Source: an uncultured Phocaeicola sp. (GTDB lineage: Bacteria; Bacteroidota; Bacteroidia; Bacteroidales; Bacteroidaceae). Taken from it: DNA of 64,000 nucleotides. The notes beneath the pieces were generated by a model. It searched no databases. It was given only the letters and a program-made list of their open reading frames with translations, and had not been told where the DNA came from. The stretch spans positions 7,166 through 71,165 of the forward strand of contig CALUKX010000006.1 of the NCBI GenBank assembly GCA_944321335.1, written 5' to 3'. Below are positions 47,059 through 57,238 of the stretch, one piece after another (position 1 is the stretch's first letter; each line of letters begins with the position of its first letter). The position numbers and the translations under genes were made by a program.

Positions 47059-49344
47059 TTATTTATTCTGCATTTTCTTGGCAACGATTGCATCGATACA
47101 TGCGATGGCGGTAATCTTTACAATGTCGCGTACAGAACTTTCGATATCGGTAAAGTGGATCGGCTTGTTCAATCCCATCTGGATCGGACCGATGACTTCG
47201 GTTTCACTCATGCTTTGGATAAGCTGGTAGGTTGCATTGGCCGAACTCAGGTTCGGGAATACCAATGTATTGACTTCCTTACCTTTCAAGCGGGTGAAAG
47301 GATATTTCTCGTCGCGCAGCTCGTTGTTCAAGGCAAACTTGACCTGCATTTCACCGTCGATTGCCAGATCCGGGTATTCACGATGCATATCGTTGATCGC
47401 TTCGTGTACTTTTGCCGGACTACCTTCTGTGTCTGATCCGAAGTTGGAGTATGAAAGCATTGCCATTACCGGTTCCTGATTGAAGAAACGTACTGCCTTG
47501 GCGGTCAGTTTGGCGATATCGATCAATGTATCCGTATCCGGATGGCGGTTGATCAGGGTATCAGCGATAAAGTAAGTGCCTTTCTTTGAGTTCAGTATAT
47601 GCAGAGTGCCGAAATGTTTGTATTCCGGTTGGATTCCGATCACTTCCTTGGCAACTTTGATGGTATTCGAATATTTGGTGTACAGACCGGTAACGAATGC
47701 ATCGGCATCACCGGTTTCGACCATCATCATACCGAAATAGTTGCGCTCGAACATCTTGTCGTGTGCTTCAGCCAGATTGGCTCCTTCACGTTCACGTTTT
47801 GAACAAAGGATATGTGCATAACGGTCGCGGCGTTCGGCTTCACGGTCGTGGCGCAGATTGACAATCTCGATGCCGTCCAAGCTTAATTCCAATTCCTTGG
47901 CCAGCTTTTCGATTCGTTCTTCGTTACCCAACAGAATCGGGTGACAAATACCTTCTGCCTTAGCTTCGACAGCGGCTTTCAGCATATTCGGGTGAGTACC
48001 TTCGGCAAATACGACACGTTGCGGCGACTTGCGTGCTGTATCGTACAATTGGCGGGTAAGCTGGTTTTCCTGTCCCATCAGTTCACGAAGACGGTTCTTG
48101 TATTCGCCCCAGTCGGTAATTTGTTTGCGGGCTACGCCGGAATCCATTGCAGCCTTTGCAACGGCCATAGATACTTCGGTGATCAATCGTGGGTCTACCG
48201 GTTTAGGGATGAAATATTCCGGACCGAAAGTCAGGTTGTTTACGTGGTACGCTTCGTTCACTACATCAGGCACCGGTTTCTTTGCCAGACCGGCAATTGC
48301 ACGGACTGCGGCGAGTTTCATCTCTTCGTTGATAGCTGTAGCACGGGTATCCAATGCTCCACGGAAGATGTATGGGAATCCGATAACGTTATTGATCTGG
48401 TTCGGATAATCCGAACGTCCGGTAGCCATCAGGACATCCGGGCGTGATGCCATTGCATCTTCGTAAGAAATTTCAGGAGTCGGGTTGGCCAAAGCGAAAA
48501 CAATCGGATGGCTGGCCATGCTGCGGACCATATCCTGAGTCAGCACATTTCCTTTTGACAATCCAAGGAATACGTCTGCACCCTTGATTGCCTCTTCCAA
48601 AGTATGGATGTCGGTACGGTCTGTAGCGAAGTATTGCTTCTGTTCGTTCAGGTCGGTACGTTGTTTGGAGATAACTCCCTTACTGTCCAACATGACGATG
48701 TTTTCCAGACGGGCACCTAAAGAAATATACAGTTTGGTACATGATACAGCCGATGCACCTGCACCATTCACTACTATCTTGACATCCTCGATCTTTTTGC
48801 CTGCAACTTCCAATGCGTTCAGCAAGCCTGCGCTCGAGATGATGGCTGTTCCGTGCTGGTCGTCATGCATTACCGGAATATCCAGCTCAGCTTTCAAGCG
48901 GCGTTCGATTTCGAAACACTGTGGAGCCTTGATGTCTTCAAGGTTGATACCTCCGAAGGTAGGAGCGATAGCTTTGACTGCTTCGATGAACTTTTCCGGA
49001 TCTTTTTCGTTGACTTCTATATCGAACACATCGATACCGGCATAAATCTTGAAAAGCAAACCTTTTCCTTCCATTACCGGTTTCCCGCTCATGGCGCCTA
49101 TGTCGCCCAAGCCCAGAACGGCTGTACCGTTGGAGATTACGGCTACCAAGTTTCCTTTAGCTGTATAGTCGTATGCGGTATCGGGATTTTTCTGGATTTC
49201 CAGACATGGCTCAGCTACTCCCGGAGAGTATGCCAATGATAAATCTCTTTGTGTCTGGTACGGTTTGGTTGGAACTACCTCGATCTTTCCCGGTTTGCCT
49301 TGTGAGTGATAAAGCAAAGCGGCTTCTTTTGTTATTTTCACCAT
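47059..49344 (-). CDS. maeB: NADP-dependent malic enzyme with C-terminal PTA-like domain
   Basis: LAYSPGVAEPC, PVMEGK, HDDQHGT, ATGRSDYPNQINN; PTA-like RVVFAEG and DGEMQ. Confidence 0.96.
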   Translation of the reverse strand: MVKITKEAALLYHSQGKPGKIEVVPTKPYQTQRDLSLAYSPGVAEPCLEIQKNPDTAYDYTAKGNLVAVISNGTAVLGLGDIGAMSGKPVMEGKGLLFKIYAGIDVFDIEVNEKDPEKFIEAVKAIAPTFGGINLEDIKAPQCFEIERRLKAELDIPVMHDDQHGTAIISSAGLLNALEVAGKKIEDVKIVVNGAGASAVSCTKLYISLGARLENIVMLDSKGVISKQRTDLNEQKQYFATDRTDIHTLEEAIKGADVFLGLSKGNVLTQDMVRSMASHPIVFALANPTPEISYEDAMASRPDVLMATGRSDYPNQINNVIGFPYIFRGALDTRATAINEEMKLAAVRAIAGLAKKPVPDVVNEAYHVNNLTFGPEYFIPKPVDPRLITEVSMAVAKAAMDSGVARKQITDWGEYKNRLRELMGQENQLTRQLYDTARKSPQRVVFAEGTHPNMLKAAVEAKAEGICHPILLGNEERIEKLAKELELSLDGIEIVNLRHDREAERRDRYAHILCSKREREGANLAEAHDKMFERNYFGMMMVETGDADAFVTGLYTKYSNTIKVAKEVIGIQPEYKHFGTLHILNSKKGTYFIADTLINRHPDTDTLIDIAKLTAKAVRFFNQEPVMAMLSYSNFGSDTEGSPAKVHEAINDMHREYPDLAIDGEMQVKFALNNELRDEKYPFTRLKGKEVNTLVFPNLSSANATYQLIQSMSETEVIGPIQMGLNKPIHFTDIESSVRDIVKITAIACIDAIVAKKMQNK

Positions 49345-49507
49345 GGTATTAATTGTTTTTTTGAAGATTTCTGTTTATGTGTAGCGCAAATGTAGAAATA
49401 AAATAATAAAATGAATGTTTTTTTTGAAAAAAAACGATAAATCGGTTTTCAGATGATTTTTTGTCCGATGTTTCATTTGTCTTTGGAGCGGATATTTCGG
49501 TCTATCT

Positions 49508-49581
49508 TTAATATTAGGCTAATATTAAGGTTATTCTTAGTTAAAATAGGTGTTCTTTAGCACATTTTTTTTCTATATTTG
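49508..49581 (+). promoter_or_regulatory. RND operon promoter: palindrome/11-bp repeats plus -7 box
   Basis: TTAATATTAG-G-CTAATATTAA at 49508-49528; TATATTTG at 49574-49581. Confidence 0.55.
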
Positions 49582-49654
49582 CGCCTCGGAAACTAGACCT
49601 TCTTAAAAAGTTTTCATTTAAAAGCAGTAAAATTGAATATAATTTTTTAATGAC

Positions 49655-50860
49655 ATGAATATGAGCGTAAAAAGAAACAGAAGATTTTCTTCTAGCCTGA
49701 TGGCTGCGATGGCGTTGGGCTTGTCGGTTTTGACCTCTTGTGGCGGAAGCCAGAGTGGTGCTATGGGAGATGACGAGTATGCTGTAATGGAAGTTTCTTC
49801 AACTTCAAGCAATCAGTCAACTCAGTATCCGGCTACTATCAAAGGTTTGCAGGACATTGAAATCCGTCCTCAGGTTTCAGGATTTATCACAAAATTGTGT
49901 GTCGACGAAGGTGCTACCGTACGTCGTGGCCAGGCTTTGTTCCAGATTGACCCGACACAATATCAGGCTGCGTACAATCAGGCTGTAGCGGCTGTTGCTT
50001 CTGCAAAGGCGAATCTGGAAACTGTTTCTGCAACCGAAGCAAACAAGAAGATGCTTCACGACCAGAAAATCATCAGTGATTTCGAATATCAGACTGCAGT
50101 CAACAATCTGTTGAGCGCTAAAGCTAATTTGGCTCAGGCCGAAGCTTCGCTGACTGCTGCGAAACAGAACTTGGGCTTCTGTACTGTAACCAGCCCTTCC
50201 GACGGTGTTATCGGTACATTCCCTTACCGTGTAGGTGCTTTGGTAAGCCCGTCTATCGCTGAACCGTTAACAACCGTTTCTCAGATCGGTGATATGTATG
50301 TTTACTTCTCAATGACTGAAAAGCAGTTGTTGGCTATGACTAAGGCTGGTGGTTCTTTGAAAGAACAGTTGGCTAAGATGCCGGCAGTGAAACTGGAATT
50401 GTCTGACGGTTCTATGTATTCAGAAGAAGGTAAGATTGATGCGGTATCCGGTGTTATCGACCAGACTACCGGTTCGGTAAGCATGCGTGCTATCTTCCCT
50501 AACAAGCAGAATATCCTGCGTAGTGGTGCTACAGGTAACTTAGTATTCCCTTATACAATGGAAAATGTCTTGATTATCCCGCAGAACTGTACTGTAGATA
50601 TCCAGGACAAGAAGTTCGTTTTCGTATTGCAGAGCGACAATACACTGAAGTATACAGAAATCAAGGTATCTAACCTGGATGACGGTAAGAACTATATCGT
50701 TACCGACGGGTTGAAATCAGGCGACAAGATTGTTACAGAAGGTGTGCAGAACTTGAAAGACGGTCAGAAGATCACTCCGATCACAGCAGCTGAAAAGGAA
50801 GCTAAATATCAGCAGCACTTGAAAGACCAGAAGGAAGGAAATTTCCAGACTGCTTTCTAA
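49655..50860 (+). CDS. RND efflux periplasmic adaptor (AcrA-like lipoprotein)
   Basis: Lipobox LTSC; EIRPQVSG, LFQIDP, IDQTTGS and GLKSGDKIV motifs. Confidence 0.93.
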   Translation: MNMSVKRNRRFSSSLMAAMALGLSVLTSCGGSQSGAMGDDEYAVMEVSSTSSNQSTQYPATIKGLQDIEIRPQVSGFITKLCVDEGATVRRGQALFQIDPTQYQAAYNQAVAAVASAKANLETVSATEANKKMLHDQKIISDFEYQTAVNNLLSAKANLAQAEASLTAAKQNLGFCTVTSPSDGVIGTFPYRVGALVSPSIAEPLTTVSQIGDMYVYFSMTEKQLLAMTKAGGSLKEQLAKMPAVKLELSDGSMYSEEGKIDAVSGVIDQTTGSVSMRAIFPNKQNILRSGATGNLVFPYTMENVLIIPQNCTVDIQDKKFVFVLQSDNTLKYTEIKVSNLDDGKNYIVTDGLKSGDKIVTEGVQNLKDGQKITPITAAEKEAKYQQHLKDQKEGNFQTAF

Positions 50861-50920
50861 TTTGAAGTTTTTTACACCTTATTATATATACTATACATTC
50901 GGTAAAAAGAAAAGTATTTT

Positions 50921-53900
50921 ATGAGACTAGATAAATTTATTAACCGTCCGGTGCTATCAACGGTAATCTCTATCTTGATAGTAATCTTGGGTATTATCGG
51001 TTTGGCTACCATGCCTATTACCCAATATCCGGATATTGCGCCTCCTACCGTATCGGTAAGTGCAACTTATACCGGTGCGAATGCGTCGACCGTATTGAAT
51101 TCAGTGGTAGCTCCGTTGGAAGACCAGATCAATGGTGTAGAAAACATGATGTACATGTCGTCTACTTCTTCAAACAACGGTCAGGCACGAATTGAAATTT
51201 ACTTCAATCAGGGTACCGACCCGGATATGGCGGCTGTCAACGTACAGAACCGTGTATCTATGGCTCAGGGTCTGTTGCCTGCCGAAGTAACGAAAGTCGG
51301 TGTAACAACCCAGAAACGTCAGAACTCAATGTTGATGGTATTCTCTATCTACGACGAGTCTGATACATATAATCCTGAATTTATTGAAAACTACGCAAAG
51401 ATCAACTTGATTCCGGAAGTTCAGCGTATCCACGGTGTGGGTGAAGCGATGGTCATGGGTCAGGATTATTCAATGCGTATCTGGTTGAAGCCGGACGTGA
51501 TGGCTCAGTACAAGCTGGTTCCGGGTGACGTTACTGCTGCATTGGCAGAACAGAACGTTGAAGCGGCTCCGGGTCAGTTCGGTGAACGTGCAGACCAGAC
51601 TTTCCAGTACACTATCCGTTACAAGGGTCGTCTGCAGAAACCGGAAGAATTCGAAAATATCGTCATCAAGTCGAATGAAGACGGAACTGTTCTTCGTCTG
51701 AAGGATATCGCAGATATCGAGCTCGGTCGTCTGGATTATTCTTTGAACAACCGTGTAGACGGTCATAACGCCGTAACTTGTATCGTGTTCCAGATGGCCG
51801 GTAGTAACGCTACCGAAACTATCAACAACATTCAGGAACTGTTGAAGAAGACTCAGGAAACCTTGCCTACAGGTTTGAAGGTGAACGTTTCTTTGAACGC
51901 CAACGACTTCTTGTTCGCTTCTATCCACGAAGTAATCAAGACTTTGATCGAGGCCTTCATTCTGGTGTTTATCGTAGTATACATCTTCTTGCAGGATATG
52001 CGTTCAACCTTGATTCCGGCGATTGCCATCCCGGTTGCGTTGATCGCTACATTCTTCGTCTTGAAGCTGATCGGATTTAGTATCAACTTGTTGACTCTGT
52101 CGGCGATGGTGCTTGCGATTGCGATTGTGGTCGATGATGCCATAGTCGTCGTCGAAGGTGTCCATGCCAAGTTGGACCAGGGTTACAAATCATCTCGTGA
52201 AGCGTCAATCGATGCCATGAGCGAATTGGGTGGTGCTATCGTATCAATTACCCTTGTCATGATGTCCGTGTTTATCCCGGTATCATTCATGAGCGGTACA
52301 GCCGGTACATTCTACCGTCAGTTCGGTTTGACAATGGCTATCTCTATCGGTTTCTCTGCGTTGAACGCGTTGACACTTTCTCCGGCGCTTTGTGCGTTGT
52401 TCCTGAAACCGCATGATACTGAATCTACTCTGAAGGAACGTATGGGTACTGCCTATAAGGAATCCCGTAAGATCATGGTCGGCAAATACATGGATTCTCT
52501 CGGCAAGTGGATGAATCCTAAGATGGTCATCATCTTTACTGTCGTTGCCCTTCTGGGTATGATTTTCGGTATGTTCAGCTTCAGTGAACATCCGATACTT
52601 TGCATCGTATTCATTATTATCAGTGTCTTGGCTTTGGCCGGTATGACAACCGACAAGTTCAAGAAGTCGTTCAACAAATCGTACGATTCTCTGTTGGCGA
52701 AGTATAAGAAAAGTGTCGTATTCTTCATCCACAAGAGATGGTTGTCATTCGGATTGGTTGTCGGTTCTATCGTACTGTTGGTATTCTTCATGAAGATTAC
52801 TCCGACCGGTATGGTGCCGAACGAAGATACCGGTACAATCATGGGTGCCGTTACATTGCCGGCAGGTACTTCTCAGGAAGAAGCAAACCGCGTATTGTTG
52901 CGTGTGGACAGCTTGATCGCTGCCGATCCTGCCGTACAGTCACGTACCTTGATTGAAGGTTACAGCTTCTTGGGTGGTCAGGGACCTTCTTACGGTTCAT
53001 TCATTATCAAGTTGAAAGATTGGGAAGAACGTTCGATGATGCAGAACTCCGATATGGTTTACATCACCTTGTTCATGCGTGCCCAGAAGATTATCAAGGA
53101 AGCACAGGTATTGTTCTTCGCGCCTCCTATGATTCCGGGTTATTCTGCATCAAGTGATGTCGAGTTGAACATGCAGGATAAGACCGGTGGCGACCTGAAC
53201 AAGTTCTTCGATGTAGTCAAGGAATATATGACAGCATTGGAAGCTCGTCCGGAAGTCAACTCTGCGAAGACATCATTCAGCCCGAACTTCCCGCAGTATA
53301 TGATCGATATCGATGCGGCAGCTTCGAAACGTGCAGGTATCAGCCCGAGCGATATCTTGACAACATTGCAGGGATACTATGGTGGTCTTTATGCATCCAA
53401 CTTCAACCGTTTCGGTAAGATGTACCGTGTAATGATTCAGGCAGATCCTGATTCTCGTGCGAACCTCGAGTCGTTGAAGGGTATTAAGGTACGTAACAGC
53501 AAGGGAGAGATGGCCCCGATCGAACAGTTCGTTTCTATCAAGAAAGTCTACGGTCCGGATAACATCAGCCGTTTCAACCTGTATACATCTATCAAGGTCA
53601 TGGTTGCTCCGGGTTCCGGTTATACTTCAGGTCAGGCATTGAACGCCATTGCCGAAGTTGCGAAAGAAACCCTGCCTGCCGGTTATAGCTACGAATTGGG
53701 TGGTATGGCCCGTGAGGAAGCTTCAACCAGCGGTAGCACAACAGGTCTTATCTTCGTGCTCTGTTTCGTATTCGTATACCTGTTGCTGAGTGCCCAGTAC
53801 GAAAGTTACATCCTGCCGTTGGCCGTATTGCTTTCAGTACCGTTCGGTCTGTTCGGTAGCTTCGTATTCGTAAACGGATTCGGTGCTTTGGGTAGCATCC

Positions 53901-54349
53901 CGGCATTGAAGATGATTTTGGGATCCATGTCAAACGACATCTACATGCAGATTGCGTTGATCATGTTGATGGGTCTGTTGGCTAAGAACGCCATCCTGAT
54001 CGTTGAGTTCGCCCTCGACCGTCGTAAGCAAGGTATGAGTATCTCTTGGGCAGCCGTACTCGGTGCTTCTGCCCGTCTGCGACCGATCTTGATGACCTCA
54101 TTGGCGATGATCATCGGTTTGCTTCCGTTGATGTTTGCCTTCGGTGTAGGTGCTCACGGTAACCGTACATTGGGTGCTTCGGCTATCGGTGGTATGTTGA
54201 TCGGTATGATTCTGCAGATCTTCATCGTTCCGGTATTGTTCGTAGTATTCGAATGGTTGCAAGAGAAGTTCAAACCGATCGAATGGGATAGCTTGGACGA
54301 AAGCGAAGTGGAATCAGAAATTGAACAGTATTCTCCGAATAAACGATAA
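50921..54349 (+). CDS. HAE1-type RND efflux permease (AcrB-like), enlarged
   Basis: FINRPV, QYPDIAPP, IVVDDAIVVVE, KNAILIVEFA and RLRPILMT motifs; 1142 aa. Confidence 0.95.
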   Translation: MRLDKFINRPVLSTVISILIVILGIIGLATMPITQYPDIAPPTVSVSATYTGANASTVLNSVVAPLEDQINGVENMMYMSSTSSNNGQARIEIYFNQGTDPDMAAVNVQNRVSMAQGLLPAEVTKVGVTTQKRQNSMLMVFSIYDESDTYNPEFIENYAKINLIPEVQRIHGVGEAMVMGQDYSMRIWLKPDVMAQYKLVPGDVTAALAEQNVEAAPGQFGERADQTFQYTIRYKGRLQKPEEFENIVIKSNEDGTVLRLKDIADIELGRLDYSLNNRVDGHNAVTCIVFQMAGSNATETINNIQELLKKTQETLPTGLKVNVSLNANDFLFASIHEVIKTLIEAFILVFIVVYIFLQDMRSTLIPAIAIPVALIATFFVLKLIGFSINLLTLSAMVLAIAIVVDDAIVVVEGVHAKLDQGYKSSREASIDAMSELGGAIVSITLVMMSVFIPVSFMSGTAGTFYRQFGLTMAISIGFSALNALTLSPALCALFLKPHDTESTLKERMGTAYKESRKIMVGKYMDSLGKWMNPKMVIIFTVVALLGMIFGMFSFSEHPILCIVFIIISVLALAGMTTDKFKKSFNKSYDSLLAKYKKSVVFFIHKRWLSFGLVVGSIVLLVFFMKITPTGMVPNEDTGTIMGAVTLPAGTSQEEANRVLLRVDSLIAADPAVQSRTLIEGYSFLGGQGPSYGSFIIKLKDWEERSMMQNSDMVYITLFMRAQKIIKEAQVLFFAPPMIPGYSASSDVELNMQDKTGGDLNKFFDVVKEYMTALEARPEVNSAKTSFSPNFPQYMIDIDAAASKRAGISPSDILTTLQGYYGGLYASNFNRFGKMYRVMIQADPDSRANLESLKGIKVRNSKGEMAPIEQFVSIKKVYGPDNISRFNLYTSIKVMVAPGSGYTSGQALNAIAEVAKETLPAGYSYELGGMAREEASTSGSTTGLIFVLCFVFVYLLLSAQYESYILPLAVLLSVPFGLFGSFVFVNGFGALGSIPALKMILGSMSNDIYMQIALIMLMGLLAKNAILIVEFALDRRKQGMSISWAAVLGASARLRPILMTSLAMIIGLLPLMFAFGVGAHGNRTLGASAIGGMLIGMILQIFIVPVLFVVFEWLQEKFKPIEWDSLDESEVESEIEQYSPNKR

Positions 54350-54356
54350 GACGATC

Positions 54357-55739
54357 ATGAAGAAACAAGTAATTGGAATGGTGTGTCTGGCTGCCATGAT
54401 GAGCAGCTGCCACATTTACAAAGCATATGAACGTCCGGAATCGATAGATGCCTCAGGCATCTATCGTGATCCGGCATCGGCTACCGATACGTTGGCTGCC
54501 GATACGGCCAATATGGGAAATCTGCCTTGGAAGGAAGTTTTCCGTGATGCACAGCTGCAGGCCTTGATTGAGGAAGGTTTGGCTAACAATGTAGATATGC
54601 AGGCGGCTATTTTGCGTGTAGAAGAAGCAAAAGTGATGTTAACTTCGGCTCGCTTGTCATATTTACCCTCAATAAATTTTGCTCCTCAAGGAACTTTGAG
54701 TAGCTTTGATAAGTCAACTCCGTCGAAGACTTACCAGTTGCCGGTTGTTGCCAGCTGGGAAGTCGATCTCTTCGGTAAGTTGCTGAACGCAAACCGTAGC
54801 CAGAAAGCTGCATACCTGCAGAGCCAGTATTCTCAGCAGGCAGTACGCTCTCAGATTATCTGCGGTATTGCAAACATTTACTATTCTTTGCTGATGCTCG
54901 ACCGTCAGGTAGAAATCACTACCGAGACTTCGGCTATCTACAAGGAAAACGTACGTGTAATGGAAGCGATGAAGACTGCCGGTATGGCTAATGAAGCCGG
55001 AGTAGCACAGATGCGTGCTGCCAGCCATCAGGTTGACGCTTCCTTGCTCGACTTGAAACGTCAGGTCCGTGAAACGGAAAACTCACTGGCTGTTTTGTTG
55101 GGCAAGGCTCCGCAGACCATCAGCCGTACTACATTGGACGAGCAGGTGATGCCGGAAGAACTGACTGCAGGTGTACCTTTGCAGCTGCTTTCCAACCGTC
55201 CGGATGTGAAGATCGCTGAGATGAATCTGGCAAGCGCTTATTACACTACCAACCAGGCACGTTCTGCTTTCTATCCAGGTCTGACCATTACAGGTACTGC
55301 CGGATGGACAAACAGTGCAGGTATGATGGTGGTTAACCCGGGTAAGGTTATCTTGAGCGCTGTAGCATCATTGGCTCAGCCTATCTTTAACCGTGGAAAG
55401 CTCATCGCCAACCTGAAGGTATCGAAAGCAGAAGAGAAGATTGCTCAGATGAACTACCAGCAGACTATCCTCGAAGCCGGTAAGGAAGTGAGCGATGCCC
55501 TCTACCTTTACGATACACAGAATAAGAAATTGATTGAAGACCGCCAACAGGTAGAACAGTTGGATAATGCGGTAACCTATACAAAGGCCCTGTTCCAGAG
55601 TGGGGAAGCTACTTATCTGGAAATCCTGACAGCGCAACAGAATCTGTTGAGCGCTCAGCTTACCGAGGTTGCCGACAACTTCCAGCGTATCCAGGCCGTA
55701 ATCGACCTGTATAGTGCCCTTGGGGGAGGAAGAGAATAA
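54357..55739 (+). CDS. Outer membrane efflux lipoprotein (OprM/NodT-like)
   Basis: Lipobox MSSC; SWEVDLFGK, NRPDV and YSALGGG motifs; likely start MKKQV at 54357. Confidence 0.93.
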   Translation: MKKQVIGMVCLAAMMSSCHIYKAYERPESIDASGIYRDPASATDTLAADTANMGNLPWKEVFRDAQLQALIEEGLANNVDMQAAILRVEEAKVMLTSARLSYLPSINFAPQGTLSSFDKSTPSKTYQLPVVASWEVDLFGKLLNANRSQKAAYLQSQYSQQAVRSQIICGIANIYYSLLMLDRQVEITTETSAIYKENVRVMEAMKTAGMANEAGVAQMRAASHQVDASLLDLKRQVRETENSLAVLLGKAPQTISRTTLDEQVMPEELTAGVPLQLLSNRPDVKIAEMNLASAYYTTNQARSAFYPGLTITGTAGWTNSAGMMVVNPGKVILSAVASLAQPIFNRGKLIANLKVSKAEEKIAQMNYQQTILEAGKEVSDALYLYDTQNKKLIEDRQQVEQLDNAVTYTKALFQSGEATYLEILTAQQNLLSAQLTEVADNFQRIQAVIDLYSALGGGRE

Positions 55740-55762
55740 TAAACCTTTTAAATTTAAACACT

Positions 55763-56536
55763 ATGATTAGTCCGTTAGCTTACGTTGATCCGAGTGCAAA
55801 GATCGGCAACAACGTTACAATTCATCCGTTTGCTTATATCGACAAGAATGTCGAAATAGGCGATAACTGTGTGATTATGCCTTACGCCAGCGTAATGAGC
55901 GGTGCCCGTATGGGTAAGAACAATACAGTATATCAGGGTGCTGTTGTCGCTGCTGTGCCACAGGATTTTCACTTTACCGGTGAAGATACCTTGGCTGTTA
56001 TCGGCGATGATAACATTATCCGTGAAAATGCTGTGATCATCCGCGGTACACATCCCGACCATGCTACTACAGTAGGTAATGGAAACTTCATTATGTGTAA
56101 TGCACGTCTGTCGCACGATGTTGAACTCGGTAACCATTGTATCATTGGTAACGGCTCACAAGTATCAGGCAACTGTATCATCGAGGACTGTTCTATTCTT
56201 ACATCGAATGTGTTGATGCAGGGTGGAACCCGTATGGGTACATTCTCTTTAGTTCAGGGTGGCTGCCGTTTTATCAAGGATATTCCTCCTTATATCGTTG
56301 CAGCTCACGAACCGATTGCATTCTACAGCATCAATACCAAGGTGCTCGAAGCGGTAGGAATGTCCGAAACCATCATCAAGCATATTGCTCAGGCTTACCG
56401 TATCCTGTATAAGGTAAACACTTCACAGCACGATGCTTTGTTGCGTATCAAGGAACAGATTCCTACAAGTCCGGAAATTGAATACATTGTCGAATTTGTA
56501 AAATCATCCAAGCTGGGAATTATCCAGCATAAGTAA
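55763..56536 (+). CDS. LpxA-like hexapeptide-repeat acyltransferase, divergent paralog
   Basis: Left-handed beta-helix repeats; PQD, IRE..I.RGT, SHD and KDIPPY motifs; helical C-domain. Confidence 0.85.
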   Translation: MISPLAYVDPSAKIGNNVTIHPFAYIDKNVEIGDNCVIMPYASVMSGARMGKNNTVYQGAVVAAVPQDFHFTGEDTLAVIGDDNIIRENAVIIRGTHPDHATTVGNGNFIMCNARLSHDVELGNHCIIGNGSQVSGNCIIEDCSILTSNVLMQGGTRMGTFSLVQGGCRFIKDIPPYIVAAHEPIAFYSINTKVLEAVGMSETIIKHIAQAYRILYKVNTSQHDALLRIKEQIPTSPEIEYIVEFVKSSKLGIIQHK

Positions 56537-56549
56537 TAGAAACGGAATC

Positions 56550-57185
56550 GTGAAGAGGACGAAATGTACTAAAGATGAATTGCGCCTGAAAATCCTGAAC
56601 GAAGCATCGTCGGCCTTCCGGAAAGTAGGGATCCGCAGCGTGCACATGGATAATATCGCCGGTTCGCTGGGTATATCGAAACGTACTCTTTACGAGCTGT
56701 TCAAGGACAAGGAGCAGCTGCTGCTCGAAGTCCTCCGTTTCCATCATCAGGAGATGAATGAGTATATGGCGGAAGTTACTTCCAAGGCGGATAACGTCTT
56801 GGAGGTAATCTTTGCCTTATATAAACGTCGCATGCGTGAACTTTGTAACTTGAATCCGATATTTCTCCGTGACTTGCGCCGTTATCCTGCTGTCGTCGAA
56901 TATGTCCATGCCAGACACCGTGAAACCGATGCCGCGGCTCTGGAACATTTTAAGATTGGGGTTGAGCAGGGAATTTTCCGTGGCGACATTAATTTCCAAA
57001 TCATCAACCAGGCTATGTCGATGCAGTTCGATATGCTTGTCTTTTCCGATATTACCGATATCTATCCGTTGGCTGACATTTTCCGTGAAATCACTTTCCT
57101 GCACATGAGAGGCATTGCAACTCCGAAAGGGATGGAAATGGTAAACTCTTTTTTACAGTCGGTACAAGAAAACCATTCGCTTTAA
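56550..57185 (+). CDS. TetR/AcrR family regulator
   Basis: N-terminal HTH GIRSVHMDNIAGSLGISKRTLYELFKDKEQL. Confidence 0.92.
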   Translation: MKRTKCTKDELRLKILNEASSAFRKVGIRSVHMDNIAGSLGISKRTLYELFKDKEQLLLEVLRFHHQEMNEYMAEVTSKADNVLEVIFALYKRRMRELCNLNPIFLRDLRRYPAVVEYVHARHRETDAAALEHFKIGVEQGIFRGDINFQIINQAMSMQFDMLVFSDITDIYPLADIFREITFLHMRGIATPKGMEMVNSFLQSVQENHSL

Positions 57186-57238
57186 TTCGTAGTAACCTAA
57201 AAATCACCTATCTTTACAGCTGTGTTAGTAAAGAATAA

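Noticed and set aside
55763-56536. Annotation as housekeeping lpxA
   Set aside because: Several substrate-binding residues are replaced and the lpxD/lpxC/fabZ context is absent.
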